This document shows positions 20,588-31,817 of a stretch of DNA of 33,097 bases, one piece after another; the stretch's first letter is position 1, and every line of letters begins with the position of its first letter. The position numbers and the translations under genes are program-made. Location: NCBI RefSeq assembly GCF_001194135.2, contig NC_068998.1:16001916-16035012 (forward strand), given 5' to 3'. Source of the DNA: Octopus bimaculoides (taxonomy: Eukaryota). The notes below the pieces were generated by a model. It worked only from the letters and a program-made list of their open reading frames with translations, was not told the DNA's origin and ran no database searches.

Positions 20588-20913
20588 TTATTTATATAAG
20601 GGCATTACTATACATGAATGCCTCACGCTAAGAGGGACTCTAATGTCAAACTTGAAGTGTTCGTCTGGTATGTTGATTTTTTTGTTTATTTTAATGTTTC
20701 TTGACCATACTATACTGATGAGTAAAAGTTGCATATTACTGCAATAATTACGAAATCATGATCTATAGTTTAGTCTGTTTTTAGGGAGCTAGCTTTGAGA
20801 GTTGCATTTCTTCGCGTTCGGTAAAAATGTGTTTATTATGGTAGTTTGACCTTAGAGTCCCTCTTAGCATGAGGCATTCATTTATAGTAATGCCCTTATA
20901 TAAATAAATATAT
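20582..20913. mobile_element. MITE/foldback element of about 330 bp with about 70-bp terminal inverted repeats
   Basis: Left arm atatatttatttatataagggcattactatacatgaatgcctcacgctaagagggactctaatgtcaaact (20582-20652) is the reverse complement of 20843-20913 with 3 mismatches. TA-rich ends suggest a Tc1/mariner-type TA target, but the exact termini are ambiguous. Confidence 0.85.
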
Positions 20914-21018
20914 TTTAGGGAATAAATGATGGATTTTTCCCTTATGAGGTTTTTTTCATGCTAGCTACTTGATAAATTCTTATAAAAGACTTTATCCTAT
21001 TATTGAATTATATATATA

Positions 21019-21051
<33 letters not shown>

Positions 21052-21389
21052 ANNNNNNNNNNTGTGTGTGTATAACAAAAGATAGGGTGTGTTTCTATGC
21101 AGGAAAAAAATATAGGCAAATTTGTTGTTGAAGATGCACCTAAATTTGGAAAACTTGTAATTGTTTAAAATACATTTATTTACATATATATATACCAAAC
21201 TAGTTTCAACAATATTTTTTGTTTATCAATGGTAAAAGTTTAAAACTATGAATTAGAAAAACATCTTTAAAAGTTTCAATGTTGACAAATTAAAATGTTC
21301 ATAACAGACAAATTTAGAATTATGAATTAGGAGGACAGGTACAGGAATTTCAATGTTGACAAGTTTAAATGTTCATAGCAGTCAATAAT

Positions 21390-21500
21390 ATTAAAACTGT
21401 ACATCTGAAATTTGGAGACAACTTCCAAAAGTACTTTCTCACCAACTGGAAATGCTACCTGGATGACTGTTTCATCCTGTGGCCACATAACCTTGAAAGC
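21390..21500 (+). mobile_element. Penelope-like retroelement RT fragment
   Basis: KFGDNFQKYFLTNWKCYLDDCFILWPHNL contains the W(K/x)RY(L/V)DDxFxxW-type catalytic motif of Penelope RTs. Confidence 0.75.
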
Positions 21501-21624
21501 GCCAGGACAGGCATCGCTTCAAATGGAGAATACTTTGAAGGCAGTAAAAGTAGAAACATGTAAAACTAAGTGAATAAAATAATATTGCAAAGTTCCAGTT
21601 TCTTTTGGGTCCCCCCTTGCATCA

Positions 21625-22030
21625 GGCTTTAATCTGATCTGGCAAAGTTTCTACAGCTGGATGCCCTTCCTAACACCAACCACTCCAAGAGTATAATGGA
21701 TGCTTTTTACATGCCACTGGTACAGGTGCCAGTTATGTGACACTAGCATTGGCCATGACTGCCAAATTTTACCTGCAAGTTATTGATCAGTCAGGGGTTC
21801 ATCATCATCATCATCCTCATCATTTAACGTCCGCTTTCCATGCTAGCATGGGTTGGACGATTTGACTGAGGACTGGTGAACCAGATGGCTACACCAGGCT
21901 CCAATCTGATTTGGCAGAGTTTCTACAGCTGGATGCCCTTCTTAACGCCAACCACTCTGAGAGTGTAGTGGGTGCTTTTACGTGCCACCGGCACGAAGGC
22001 CAGTCAGGCGGTACTGGCAACGGCCACGAT
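21625..22030 (-). mobile_element. Two RTE-LINE 3' end copies (about 21625-21760 and 21800-22030)
   Basis: (cat)n-ttaacgtccgctttccatgctagcatgggttggacgatttgactgaggactgg...ctacagctggatgcccttc...gtgccaccggcac. Confidence 0.85.
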
Positions 22031-22424
22031 AGTAGAAAACTTGCCTGGGAGGTACTATGCAGTGGAATGGAACTTGAGACTATGTGATTATGAAGTGAAC
22101 TACATTGACATTCATCCATGTTGTTGCGAAGTTTTTAACCGTTATTTTTTTTTTGACAATTTATGGTAAAATAAAATAAAGACAATATGTTATCATAATA
22201 GATATTATTCTGCTCTATCGCACCACTTCTTCCCCCATTCACACTTAATATTTGGCCATTGCTTTTGTATATACTTAAAATAAATGAAATTAGGCAAAGA
22301 TTGGTGACCTCTGTGACCTTTACAAGAAACTAAAACTGCTGCAGTTGGGGTAGTGGTGGTGGTGGTGGTGGTGGTGGTAATATTTGAAAAATTGTATTTG
22401 GTAAAGTGTTTTTTCACTTCTGTT

Positions 22425-23300
22425 TCAACTGTTGTTTTTGTTGTTGCTATGGTTGCTGCTATTGGAGTTGTTGTTGTTTTTGAAAATAGTGTTGGTTTTT
22501 GCTGTTGTTGTTTTTGAAAATAGTGTTGGTTTTTGCTGTTGTTGTTGTTGTTTTTGAAAATAGTGTTGGTTTTTGCTGTTGTTATTGTTGCTCATGTTCC
22601 TGTTGAGTTCATACTTGTTTGTTGTTGCTATTTTGTCCCTGTTCAGTTTTTTTGTTTTTTTTTTGCTGCTTGCTTGGCTGTTTTGTTGTTGTTGATGATG
22701 ATGATGATGATGATGATGGNNNNNNNNNNTTTTTTTTTTGCTGCTTGCTTGGCTGTTTTGTTGTTGTTGATGATGATGATGATGATGATGATGGTGATGA
22801 TGGTGATGATGATGGTGATGATGATGATGATGATGTTTAACTTTTGCTGTCATGAGTGATTATAAATGATTTGTTTGTGAAAAAAAAAATGAAACAAAAC
22901 AAAAAAAAACAAAAAAAAGGAGCCAGTTGTCTTGTCAGTGTCCAAAGACAGTGAAGTTCACTAAAATGTATTGAACAACAACAACAACAACAACAACAGC
23001 AATAGCAACAACAACAATAACAACAACATAACAACCACCACAACTACTACCACAACTACTATTAACTATAACTGCAACAATAGCAAGTCGTCCACTGCCA
23101 ACAACAACAACAACAACAACAACAACAGCAACAGCAGCAGCAGCAGCAGCTATAGCAAGAACAACATTAATCCCAACATGACTATCACCTCTGATACCAT
23201 CACTACAATAACAACAATAACAAGCATCACCGTTATCTACTATTACAACAACTACTGCTGCTGCTGCTGCAAACGATATGCATAATCCCATCATCATCAT
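22425..23300. repeat. Compound (GTT)/(GAT)/(CAA)/(CAG) tract, including a 3-unit about 33-bp minisatellite (tttgaaaatagtgttggtttttgctgttgttg) at about 22470-22585
   Basis: Directly visible. Confidence 0.9.
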
Positions 23301-23339
23301 CATAACCAAGATCACTTGATGTTTCTGTATATTTTGATA

Positions 23340-23810
23340 ACCATAATGTTTCTAAATTACAGACCCCACCCCAACCACCACACACACACCTAATTCTGTA
23401 ACTCAACCTTCTCCTTTCTCACACCACTACCCTCTTTCCAAATTCTACCTTTTCTCCTTCTCCCTCTATCTCTCTCTTACTCTCTTTCTCTCTCTCTTTC
23501 TCTTTCTCTCTCCCCTATTTTCTCCCACTGTCTCCCCACCTTTCTGAAGTTCCTGTCCTCCCTCTCACCACCTCTCTGCAAGGCTTACAGGGGTAAGTCT
23601 CCTATCTTCCCCTTCCTTACACACCCTGCCATCAATTTCCCACTTTGTAAGTCTCCTTCCTCTGTTCCCACAACTATTCTTCCTCTGTAATCCTTCCTCC
23701 TCCCCTCCCTTTTCACTGATCCCCCATCTCTGTAAGTCCCCTCCTTCCCCACATTGCACTGAAGTCCACCTCCCACTCCACCTCCCCCTACACCTTTTTC
23801 TATTCAATTA
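23340..23810. repeat. Polypyrimidine/polypurine (CT-rich) strand-asymmetric tract
   Basis: About 470 bp that are strongly C/T-biased on the + strand, with recurring tgtaagtc(t/c)cctcctt units. Confidence 0.8.
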
Positions 23811-23859
23811 TTTCAGTTTCTAAATCTATATTTTTTTTCGGATCAGATCGTTCTTGGAG

Positions 23860-24465
23860 TTTGTGGTATGGTGTTTTGGTGTGGTGTATGCTGTGTTGTG
23901 GCCTGTTGTATGTGCTTTGGTGTGCTTGTGCATTGTAGTGTTTGTGTGTTGCGATTTGTTGTGTGTGCTTTGTTGTGTTTGTGTGTTTTNNNNNNNNNNN
24001 NNNNNNNNNNNNNNNNNNNNNNNNNNNNNNNNNNNNNNNNNNNNNNNNNNNNNNNNNNNNNNNNNNNNNNNNNNNNNNNNNNNNNNNNNNNNNNNNNNNN
24101 NNNNNNNNNNNNNNNNNNNNNNNNNNNNNNNNNNNNNNNNNNNNNNNNNNNNNNNNNNNNNNNNNNNNNNNNNNNNNNNNNNNNNNNNNNNNNNNNNNNN
24201 NNNNNNNNNNNNNNNNNNNNNNNNNNNNNNNNNNNNNNNNNNNNNNNNNNNNNNNNNNNNNNNNNNNNNNNNNNNNNNNNNNNNNNNNNNNNNNNNNNNN
24301 NNNNNNNNNNNNNNNNNNNNNNNNNNNNNNNNNNNNNNNNNNNNNNNNNNNNNNNNNNNNNNNNNNNNNNNNNGTCTGTGTTGTGGTGTGTTTGTATGTT
24401 GTGGTGTGTTTCTATGTTGTGGTGTGTTTGTATGTTGTGGTGTGTTTGTATGTTGTGGTGTGTAA
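23860..24465. repeat. GT-rich minisatellite (18-bp unit gtgtttgtatgttgtggt) spanning a gap
   Basis: Clear 18-bp units at 24376-24462, with degenerate units left of the gap. Confidence 0.8.
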
Positions 24466-24518
24466 CCAAAGGGGTCCATAGATAAAAAAATGGCTGAGAA
24501 TCACTGCTATTAAAAATG

Positions 24519-24550
<32 letters not shown>

Positions 24551-24879
24551 GTATGTATATATATCTTTCATCATGTTAAACTGGTAATCCCTCCACTTTT
24601 TTTCTCTGTCCGTTTTTTTCCTCTCAACCCTTTCTATTGAAGAACATAGGGTCAAAATGTCAAAGACGTTTCCATTCTTCCCAAGCATCAAACTAATGTA
24701 CCTATATGTACATATATACAGGGTGGGCCAAAAGTCATGCACAAAATAAGTTCTATATGCTCTGGAATTGTCAAAGACATGCTTCACTTTTTCTAAAACT
24801 GTGTAAAATAGATAAAATATTGATAATACACACGTACTTGTACACAATGAGCAAACTGAATAATCTTTTCTGCCATAGG

Positions 24880-24990
24880 CACAAAGCCTGAACTGGGGTG
24901 GGGTAAGTCAATTACATCAATCCCAGTACTCAACTGGTATTTATTCTATTGACCTTGAAAGCACAAAAGGGAAAGTTGAGCCCAGTGGAA
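24880..24990 (-). mobile_element. SINE family B 3' portion
   Basis: taggcacaaagcctgaa...gtcaattacatcaatcccagtactcaactggtattt...gaaagcacaaaagggaaagttga. Confidence 0.65.
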
Positions 24991-25789
24991 TGTATATTAA
25001 AATATAAAAGAATATAAAAAAATATACAAAAAGCATATAAAAAACAAAAAAAACATATAGTCATAAAAACTCATATATACATGCATATGCATGTATATAT
25101 GAGTTTTTATGACTCTTTTTATGACTCTTTATATGGGTTTTTNNNNNNNNNNNNNNNNNNNNNNNNNNNNNNNNNNNNNNNNNNNNNNNNNNNNNNNNNN
25201 NNNNNNNNNNNNNNNNNNNNNNNNNNNNNNNNNNNNNNNNNNNNNNNNNNNNNNNNNNNNNNNNNNNNNNNNNNNNNNNNNNNNNNNNNNNNNNNNNNNN
25301 NNNNNNNNNNNNNNNNNNNNNNNNNNNNNNNNNNNNNNNNNNNNNNNNNNNNNNNNNNNNNNNNNNNNNNNNNNNNNNNNNNNNNNNNNNNNNNNNNNNN
25401 NNNNNNNNNNNNNNNNNNNNNNNNNNNNNNNNNNNNNNNNNNNNNNNNNNNNNNNNNNNNNNNNNNNNNNNNNNNNNNNNNNNNNNNNNNNNNNNNNNNN
25501 NNNNNNNNNNNNNNNNNNNNNNNNNNNNNNNNNNNNNNNNNNNNNNNNNNNNNNNNNNNNNNNNNNNNNNNNNNNNNNNNNNNNNNNNNNNNNNNNNNNN
25601 NNNNNNNNNNNNNNNNNNNNNNNNNNNNNNNNNNNNNNNNNNNNNNNNNNNNNNNNNNNNNNNNNNNNNNNNNNNNNNNNNNNNNNNNNNNNNNNNNNNN
25701 NNNNNNNNNNNNNNNNNNNTATATATATATATATACATATGTATATACGTATGTATGTAAGTATGTATGTATGTATGTATGTATGTATG

Positions 25790-26000
25790 GCTTTGTATTT
25801 GTCCCCCCATTACTGCTTGATAACTGGTTTTAAGGTGTTTACATCCCCATAACATAGCAGTTTGGCAAAGGAGATCGATAGAATAAATACTAGGCTTACA
25901 AAATAATTCCTGGAGTCGAATTGTTCAACTAAAAACCCTTTGAACCAGTGCTCCAGCATGGTCGCAGTCAAATGACTGAAACTAGTAAAAGAATAAAAGA
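25790..26000 (+). mobile_element. SINE family C 3' portion
   Basis: tgtccccccattactgcttgataac...acatccccataac...gatagaataaatactaggcttac...ccagtgctccagcatggtcgcagtcaaatgactgaaac. Confidence 0.75.
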
Positions 26001-26004
26001 ATAT

Positions 26005-26064
<60 letters not shown>

Positions 26065-26538
26065 GACAGGCTTCCACACAGTTTCCGTCTACCAAATTCA
26101 CTAAACAAGGCATATTACGCCTATGTAAGGAATTATCATTTACTCCCAAAGTCATTATTGTTGTTGTTGACTTGGCACTCTCACCAAAATCAATAACAGA
26201 AACACATTCTACTTTTATTGGCTTCATCTGTAAATTGTCTTATTATTGATTCAGGTCAAAGGTGATCCCTGATAAGTAAAAATCGCTTGGTCATGCAAAT
26301 ATCTCACATCACACTTCTTTCTTTTTTTCTTCCTTTCTGTCTTTCTTTCTTTCCTTCTTCGTTTCTTCGTTTCTTTATTTCTTTCTTCGTTTCTTTCTTT
26401 CTTTCATTCTCATGTTTCCTTTCCCTCTATTGTTTCTTTTCTTTTTCCTGCTGTTTGTCTTTAATTAAAATATGTGTGCGTGCACGTGTGTGTGTATATA
26501 TGAGTGTGCATGTGTGTGTGTGTGTGTGTATGTATATG

Positions 26539-26586
<48 letters not shown>

Positions 26587-26702
26587 CATATATATGTATA
26601 TACATATATATATATATATGTATATATATACATATATATATATATATACACATATATATATGTATATATACACACACACACAACATATATATACATACAC
26701 AG

Positions 26703-26743
<41 letters not shown>

Positions 26744-28411
26744 NNNNNNNNNNNNNNNNNNNNNNNNNNNNNNNNNNNNNNNNNNNNNNNNNNNNNNNNN
26801 NNNNNNNNNNNNNNNNNNNNNNNNNNNNNNNNNNNNNNNNNNNNNNNNNNNNNNNNNNNNNNNNNNNNNNNNNNNNNNNNNNNNNNNNNNNNNNNNNNNN
26901 NNNNNNNNNNNNNNNNNNNNNNNNNNNNNNNNNNNNNNNNNNNNNNNNNNNNNNNNNNNNNNNNNNNNNNNNNNNNNNNNNNNNNNNNNNNNNNNNNNNN
27001 NNNNNNNNNNNNNNNNNNNNNNNNNNNNNNNNNNNNNNNNNNNNNNNNNNNNNNNNNNNNNNNNNNNNNNNNNNNNNNNNNNNNNNNNNNNNNNNNNNNN
27101 NNNNNNNNNNNNNNNNNNNNNNNNNNNNNNNNNNNNNNNNNNNNNNNNNNNNNNNNNNNNNNNNNNNNNNNNNNNNNNNNNNNNNNNNNNNNNNNNNNNN
27201 NNNNNNNNNNNNNNNNNNNNNNNNNNNNNNNNNNNNNNNNNNNNNNNNNNNNNNNNNNNNNNNNNNNNNNNNNNNNNNNNNNNNNNNNNNNNNNNNNNNN
27301 NNNNNNNNNNNNNNNNNNNNNNNNNNNNNNNNNNNNNNNNNNNNNNNNNNNNNNNNNNNNNNNNNNNNNNNNNNNNNNNNNNNNNNNNNNNNNNNNNNNN
27401 NNNNNNNNNNNNNNNNNNNNNNNNNNNNNNNNNNNNNNNNNNNNNNNNNNNNNNNNNNNNNNNNNNNNNNNNNNNNNNNNNNNNNNNNNNNNNNNNNNNN
27501 NNNNNNNNNNNNNNNNNNNNNNNNNNNNNNNNNNNNNNNNNNNNNNNNNNNNNNNNNNNNNNNNNNNNNNNNNNNNNNATATATATATATATATATATAT
27601 ATATATACGCATGCACAGACAAATACATATATTTATACACACAAATGCATACATACATAGAAACTCTCACCTCAAATATGCACACATACATGCACACATG
27701 CAAATACATATATGTATACAATCATATGCATTTATGTACATAGAAACTTACACACACACACATATACTCATTCAATTTGCACTTTCATACCACTGTAAAA
27801 GATTACATGCACATACATATAGGCATACCTTCATGCATACAAAGGTACACAAGCGTGTATGCATAAATACACATGCAGACAGATGCATGTGTATTCATGT
27901 TTGTTCAAAACTACACATGTAAAAATGAAAAACTTGTGGAAACACAATTGTAAGATGAACACATAGGCACAATCTCATGACCTGAAGCTGACATACCTAA
28001 ATATACACACCCATTTACAAAGTTCTACATGCCTGAATAAATTCTAAACAATAACATAACCTCAAATTTAATCAATAAGAATTTCTCCAAAATACTTCTT
28101 TATCACAACCCACCTCACAACCTAATTACCACTCAACTCAGACCCTCATACCCAAGGAAAATTTTATTTGAACAGAGGCTGTATAAAGCCAAGATTAACT
28201 TCAATGCATCACAGTTCGATGATGGTTTTGCTGGCTGAAACTTCATAGTCACTGTCAATGATATACTTGTTTAAGAATAGTAAATTTGTACTCTACAAAA
28301 ATATTGAGTACCCTTCAAATTAATGTAACCATGTCTGATAGCTTGCTGAAGTTGTTAGTTTTTATACACCTAGTCTATCAGAAGAAAATTGTTCTTTGAG
28401 ACACACACATA

Positions 28412-28450
<39 letters not shown>

Positions 28451-29919
28451 ATATATATATATATATAATGCATAAATACATATGTAATGCACACTTTACA
28501 TGAAAACAAAGTAAATGTATGTACACCTTCTCCTTGACTTATGGCCTATGTGACTTACGACCATCCACACTTATAGCTACAAAAAGATAAGGAAGTAAAA
28601 AAAATAAAAAATTGGTTTTTGGAAGTTGGACAGCTGTGCGTACAATAACTATGGCAGTGTCTGGCAATGCAGGCTACCCTCAGACCCAGGCATCCACTGC
28701 CTGCCACTCTCTCTCTCTCTCTTTCTCTTTCTCAGTTGCTTTCAAGCATGAGTTGTGTTTGAATGAAAATAGTGTTGAAAATACAAATCCGACATACAAC
28801 CAGACCAACTTATGACCTGTCAGTCAGAACAGAACTTGGTCACAAGTCAAGGAGAAGGTGTATATGTATGTATGTACGTATATAAAAGCTTAAGTCAGTC
28901 ACAAGTCAACAGGCCAATTAAATTCAAGTTTTATCCCAGTTTCAATGGTGTGCATGTGCTTGTGAGAAGACTACCTTCTGAATGGAACCCCAGAGCAGAA
29001 TTCACCTACTTACACCATTACCACCACCACCACCGAGTGTTGTTGTTACTTATGCTTAGTTGAGTGGATTGAAGCAACGGTAAATGAAGTGACATGTTCA
29101 ATGTCACAATGCTTTGCCCAGTCTGTGAATTGAACTCATGAACTAAAAGTCACAAGCCCAAACTGCTATGCCATACACCTTCAATACACACACACACACA
29201 CATACATGCATAAATACATATGTGTGTGTGTTTAATACACATGTATGTATGTGTCTCTATATATGTGTGTGTGTGTATGTATATAATACATTCTCATATA
29301 TATATGTTCATGTGTCCATTCATCTAGACTTCCTTCCCTCCTTGTTATTTAATATAGTTGAGTGCTCTTTCGTTTTTAATATAAACCACAAATGATTACG
29401 CATAGATATATCTACATACACACACATACACATGTATATGTTTTTATTTATACCCAGGTACAACATATATTCTCCTCTAATTTATTTGAGGTAAAACAAT
29501 TTTCCCTCTCATTTGGCACTTATGGCATTATATGCTGAAGCTAATTAGCTATTTAATGATATCTAATCAAATATCTTTTGATATTTAATTAGCAGTCTCA
29601 TTATTTTCATCATTATCATTAAATACCTCACCTCTGACAACTTACATAAGGAGCAAGGGTGGAACACAAGCATCAAATGTCAACAATTAGTCAGCCCTGT
29701 TTATGGGTGTGGTTTCCATTGGTATTGAAGGGTTTGTTGTTCTTATTGTTGTGCATGTTGTTTCTGTTTAGCTCTACAAGATCAAGTATAAGCCCCACTG
29801 GAGTAATGCTTTTACATGTAAGATGTTTCTGCTGCTATACTCATAAACATCCTTGACTACATCCGAAAGAAGGTCATACACACGGTTCTTTCAGATAAGT
29901 TATATACACACACATATAT

Positions 29920-30095
29920 ATCATCATCATCATCATCTTTTAACGTCCACTTTCCATGCTAGCATGGGTTGGACGATTTGACTGAGGACTGGTGAAACCA
30001 GATGGCTACACCAGGCTCCAATCTGATTTGGCAGAGTTTCTACAGCTGGATGCCCTTCCTAATGCCAACCACTCCGAGAGTGTAGAGGGTGCTTA
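29920..30095 (-). mobile_element. RTE-LINE 3' end copy
   Basis: (cat)n-ctttaacgtccactttccatgctagcatgggttggacgatttgactgaggactggtgaaaccagatggctacaccaggctccaatctgatttggcagag... Confidence 0.88.
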
Positions 30096-30337
30096 TAAAA
30101 TATAATTATAGAAATAGGTTTTCATGATAGCTAAATTTCCAAAATTTTGTTTGAACCATGTCCATCACCTACTTTCAGTTTTTATATGTATAAAATATAA
30201 TTAGGGGATGTGTAAACCTCATGAAGGGATGGTTTCATCCAAGGAAATACTGGTTCAATACCTAGCATTTTTGGGGAATGAATTTCCTTTAAATAATAGG
30301 TATATATAAAAACATATAGTTTATATGCATTTAAAAG

Positions 30338-30438
30338 AAAGAAAAGAAAATGGAGATTAGGAAGTTAATAATTGTTTATTATTAACAGCAAATTGGTCTT
30401 GCTGTTAATAACTTCATAATCTCCATTTATTTTCTTTT
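30338..30438. repeat. Imperfect hairpin (nested inverted repeats)
   Basis: Inner perfect 13-bp stem ttattaacagcaa (30379-30391) / ttgctgttaataa (30399-30411) with a 7-nt loop. Outer stem tggagattaggaag (30351-30364) / cttcataatctcca (30412-30425) with 1 mismatch, plus A/T-rich extensions. Confidence 0.85.
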
Positions 30439-30466
30439 ATATATATATATATATAAAATGAAATAT

Positions 30467-30484
30467 AAGGAAAGGAAAAATTGT

Positions 30485-30556
<72 letters not shown>

Positions 30557-30635
30557 GCACACACACACACACACACATATATGTGTATATATGTATAGTT
30601 ATGCATCATATACACCTACAATTTTTCCTTTCCTT
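30467..30635. repeat. Perfect 22-bp inverted repeat enclosing a (TA)n/(CA)n microsatellite
   Basis: aaggaaaggaaaaattgtaggt (30467-30488) / acctacaatttttcctttcctt (30614-30635). Confidence 0.88.
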
Positions 30636-30880
30636 GAGATTATTCCAGTACTGGACAAGGATTCTGGATTGTCTTTCCAGTTTTTTTACTTAATTTTTGA
30701 GAGTGGTCGGGTTCATATTTAGTATTTTCGTTTGTGAGAGCAATCAAGTTTAATTCAAGAATTCTCATTTCAAAAATCATCTCTGGCTAATCGTTGAGAG
30801 GATGTTGATGTTGCTTTAGCAGAGGTTTGCGCTATCTAAGTGCTCTTGTTGTTGTTGTTGTTATTATTATTATTATTATT

Positions 30881-31131
30881 AAAGCAGTAAGCTGGCAGAA
30901 TCATTAGCATGCTAGGCAAAATTTTTGTCCTACAAATAAAATTTTAAAAAGCAGTATTTTGTCTGTTGCTATGTTCTGAGTTCAAATTCCATGGCGGTCA
31001 GCTTTGCCTTTCACCCTTGTGGGGTCGATAACATAAGTACCAGTGAAAAACTGGGGCTGATGTAATTGACTTAGCCCCTTTCTTGAAATTGCTGGCCTTG
31101 TGCCTTTAGTAGAAAGGCTTATTATTATTAT
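30881..31131 (+). mobile_element. SINE family B copy ending about 20 nt upstream of the LRR exon acceptor
   Basis: aaagcagtaagctggcagaatcattagc...ctgagttcaaattcc...ctttgcctttcacc...aagtaccagtg...gctggccttgtgcctttagtagaaaggc(tta)n. Confidence 0.85.
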
Positions 31132-31153
31132 TTTTATCATTAATATTTTTCAG

Positions 31154-31308
31154 ACATTACCTGATACCTTACTGGAAATGAGGAATTTGGAGATTTTGAA
31201 ACTTCGTGATAATCCACTCTGTAACATTCCTCCTGGCATCAAGAAATTGAGGGGACACCTGCATACACTTATCTTATCATTTTGTCTCCTTTCAGAGCTT
31301 CCATCAGA
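31154..31308 (+). CDS. LRRC63: Internal coding exon of LRRC63-like gene: TLPDTLLEMRNLEILKLRDNPLCNIPPGIKKLRGHLHTLILSFCLLSELPS(E/D)
   Basis: Acceptor atttttcag|ACA and donor GA|gtaagt. 155 nt, phase 0 in and phase 2 out, with two LRR units (LEILKLRDNPL; LHTLILSFCLL). It continues directly from ...LSFNHFT of exon 16404-16487. The LRR assignment is firm; the LRRC63 name comes from motif recollection. Confidence 0.9.
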
Positions 31309-31335
31309 GTAAGTGTCACTCTTTCTTTCTTTCTT

Positions 31336-31366
<31 letters not shown>

Positions 31367-31786
31367 CTCTCTCTATCTATCTCTCGCTCTGTATATGTGT
31401 GTATGTATTTATGTATATATGTATATATATATAAATATATATACATATATATATACATATATATATAAGTATCTATATATATATATATATAAATATATAT
31501 ACAAAAANNNNNNNNNNNNNNNNNNNNNNNNNNNNNNNNNNNNNNNNNNNNNNNNNNNNNNNNNNNNNNNNNNNNNNNNNNNNNNNNNNNNNNNNNNNNN
31601 NNNNNNNNNNNNNNNNTATATGTAGATAGATAGATAGATAGATAGATAGATATATCTTTTAAATGCAACAAAGGCAGTATTAGATTAAATTAGTTATCTC
31701 TGTACCATGCTTAATGTAAACATATTGTCGAATGGCAAATTTACTGCAGTATTGTCCGGAGATAACATCTCTTATAATTGTACCAT

Positions 31787-31817
<31 letters not shown>

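Noticed and set aside
24717-24800. TA|CAGGGTGGGCCAAAAGT, resembling a Tc1/mariner TIR
   Set aside because: No matching opposite TIR or transposase sequence is visible in the window; it may lie in a gap.
486-27922. Long ORFs in the supplied track (poly-I/Y/M/T/H, IYIY, HTHT, NQST and X-filled ORFs of 100-470 aa)
   Set aside because: They are translations of microsatellites or run through N-gaps; they show no coding complexity and no splice support.
29772-29817. Exon-like 46-nt segment (tttctgtttag|...|gtaaga) in the large intron
   Set aside because: Its length is not a multiple of 3, and the flanking exons already join seamlessly into the LRR consensus. It is most likely a pseudo-exon, although a poison exon cannot be excluded.
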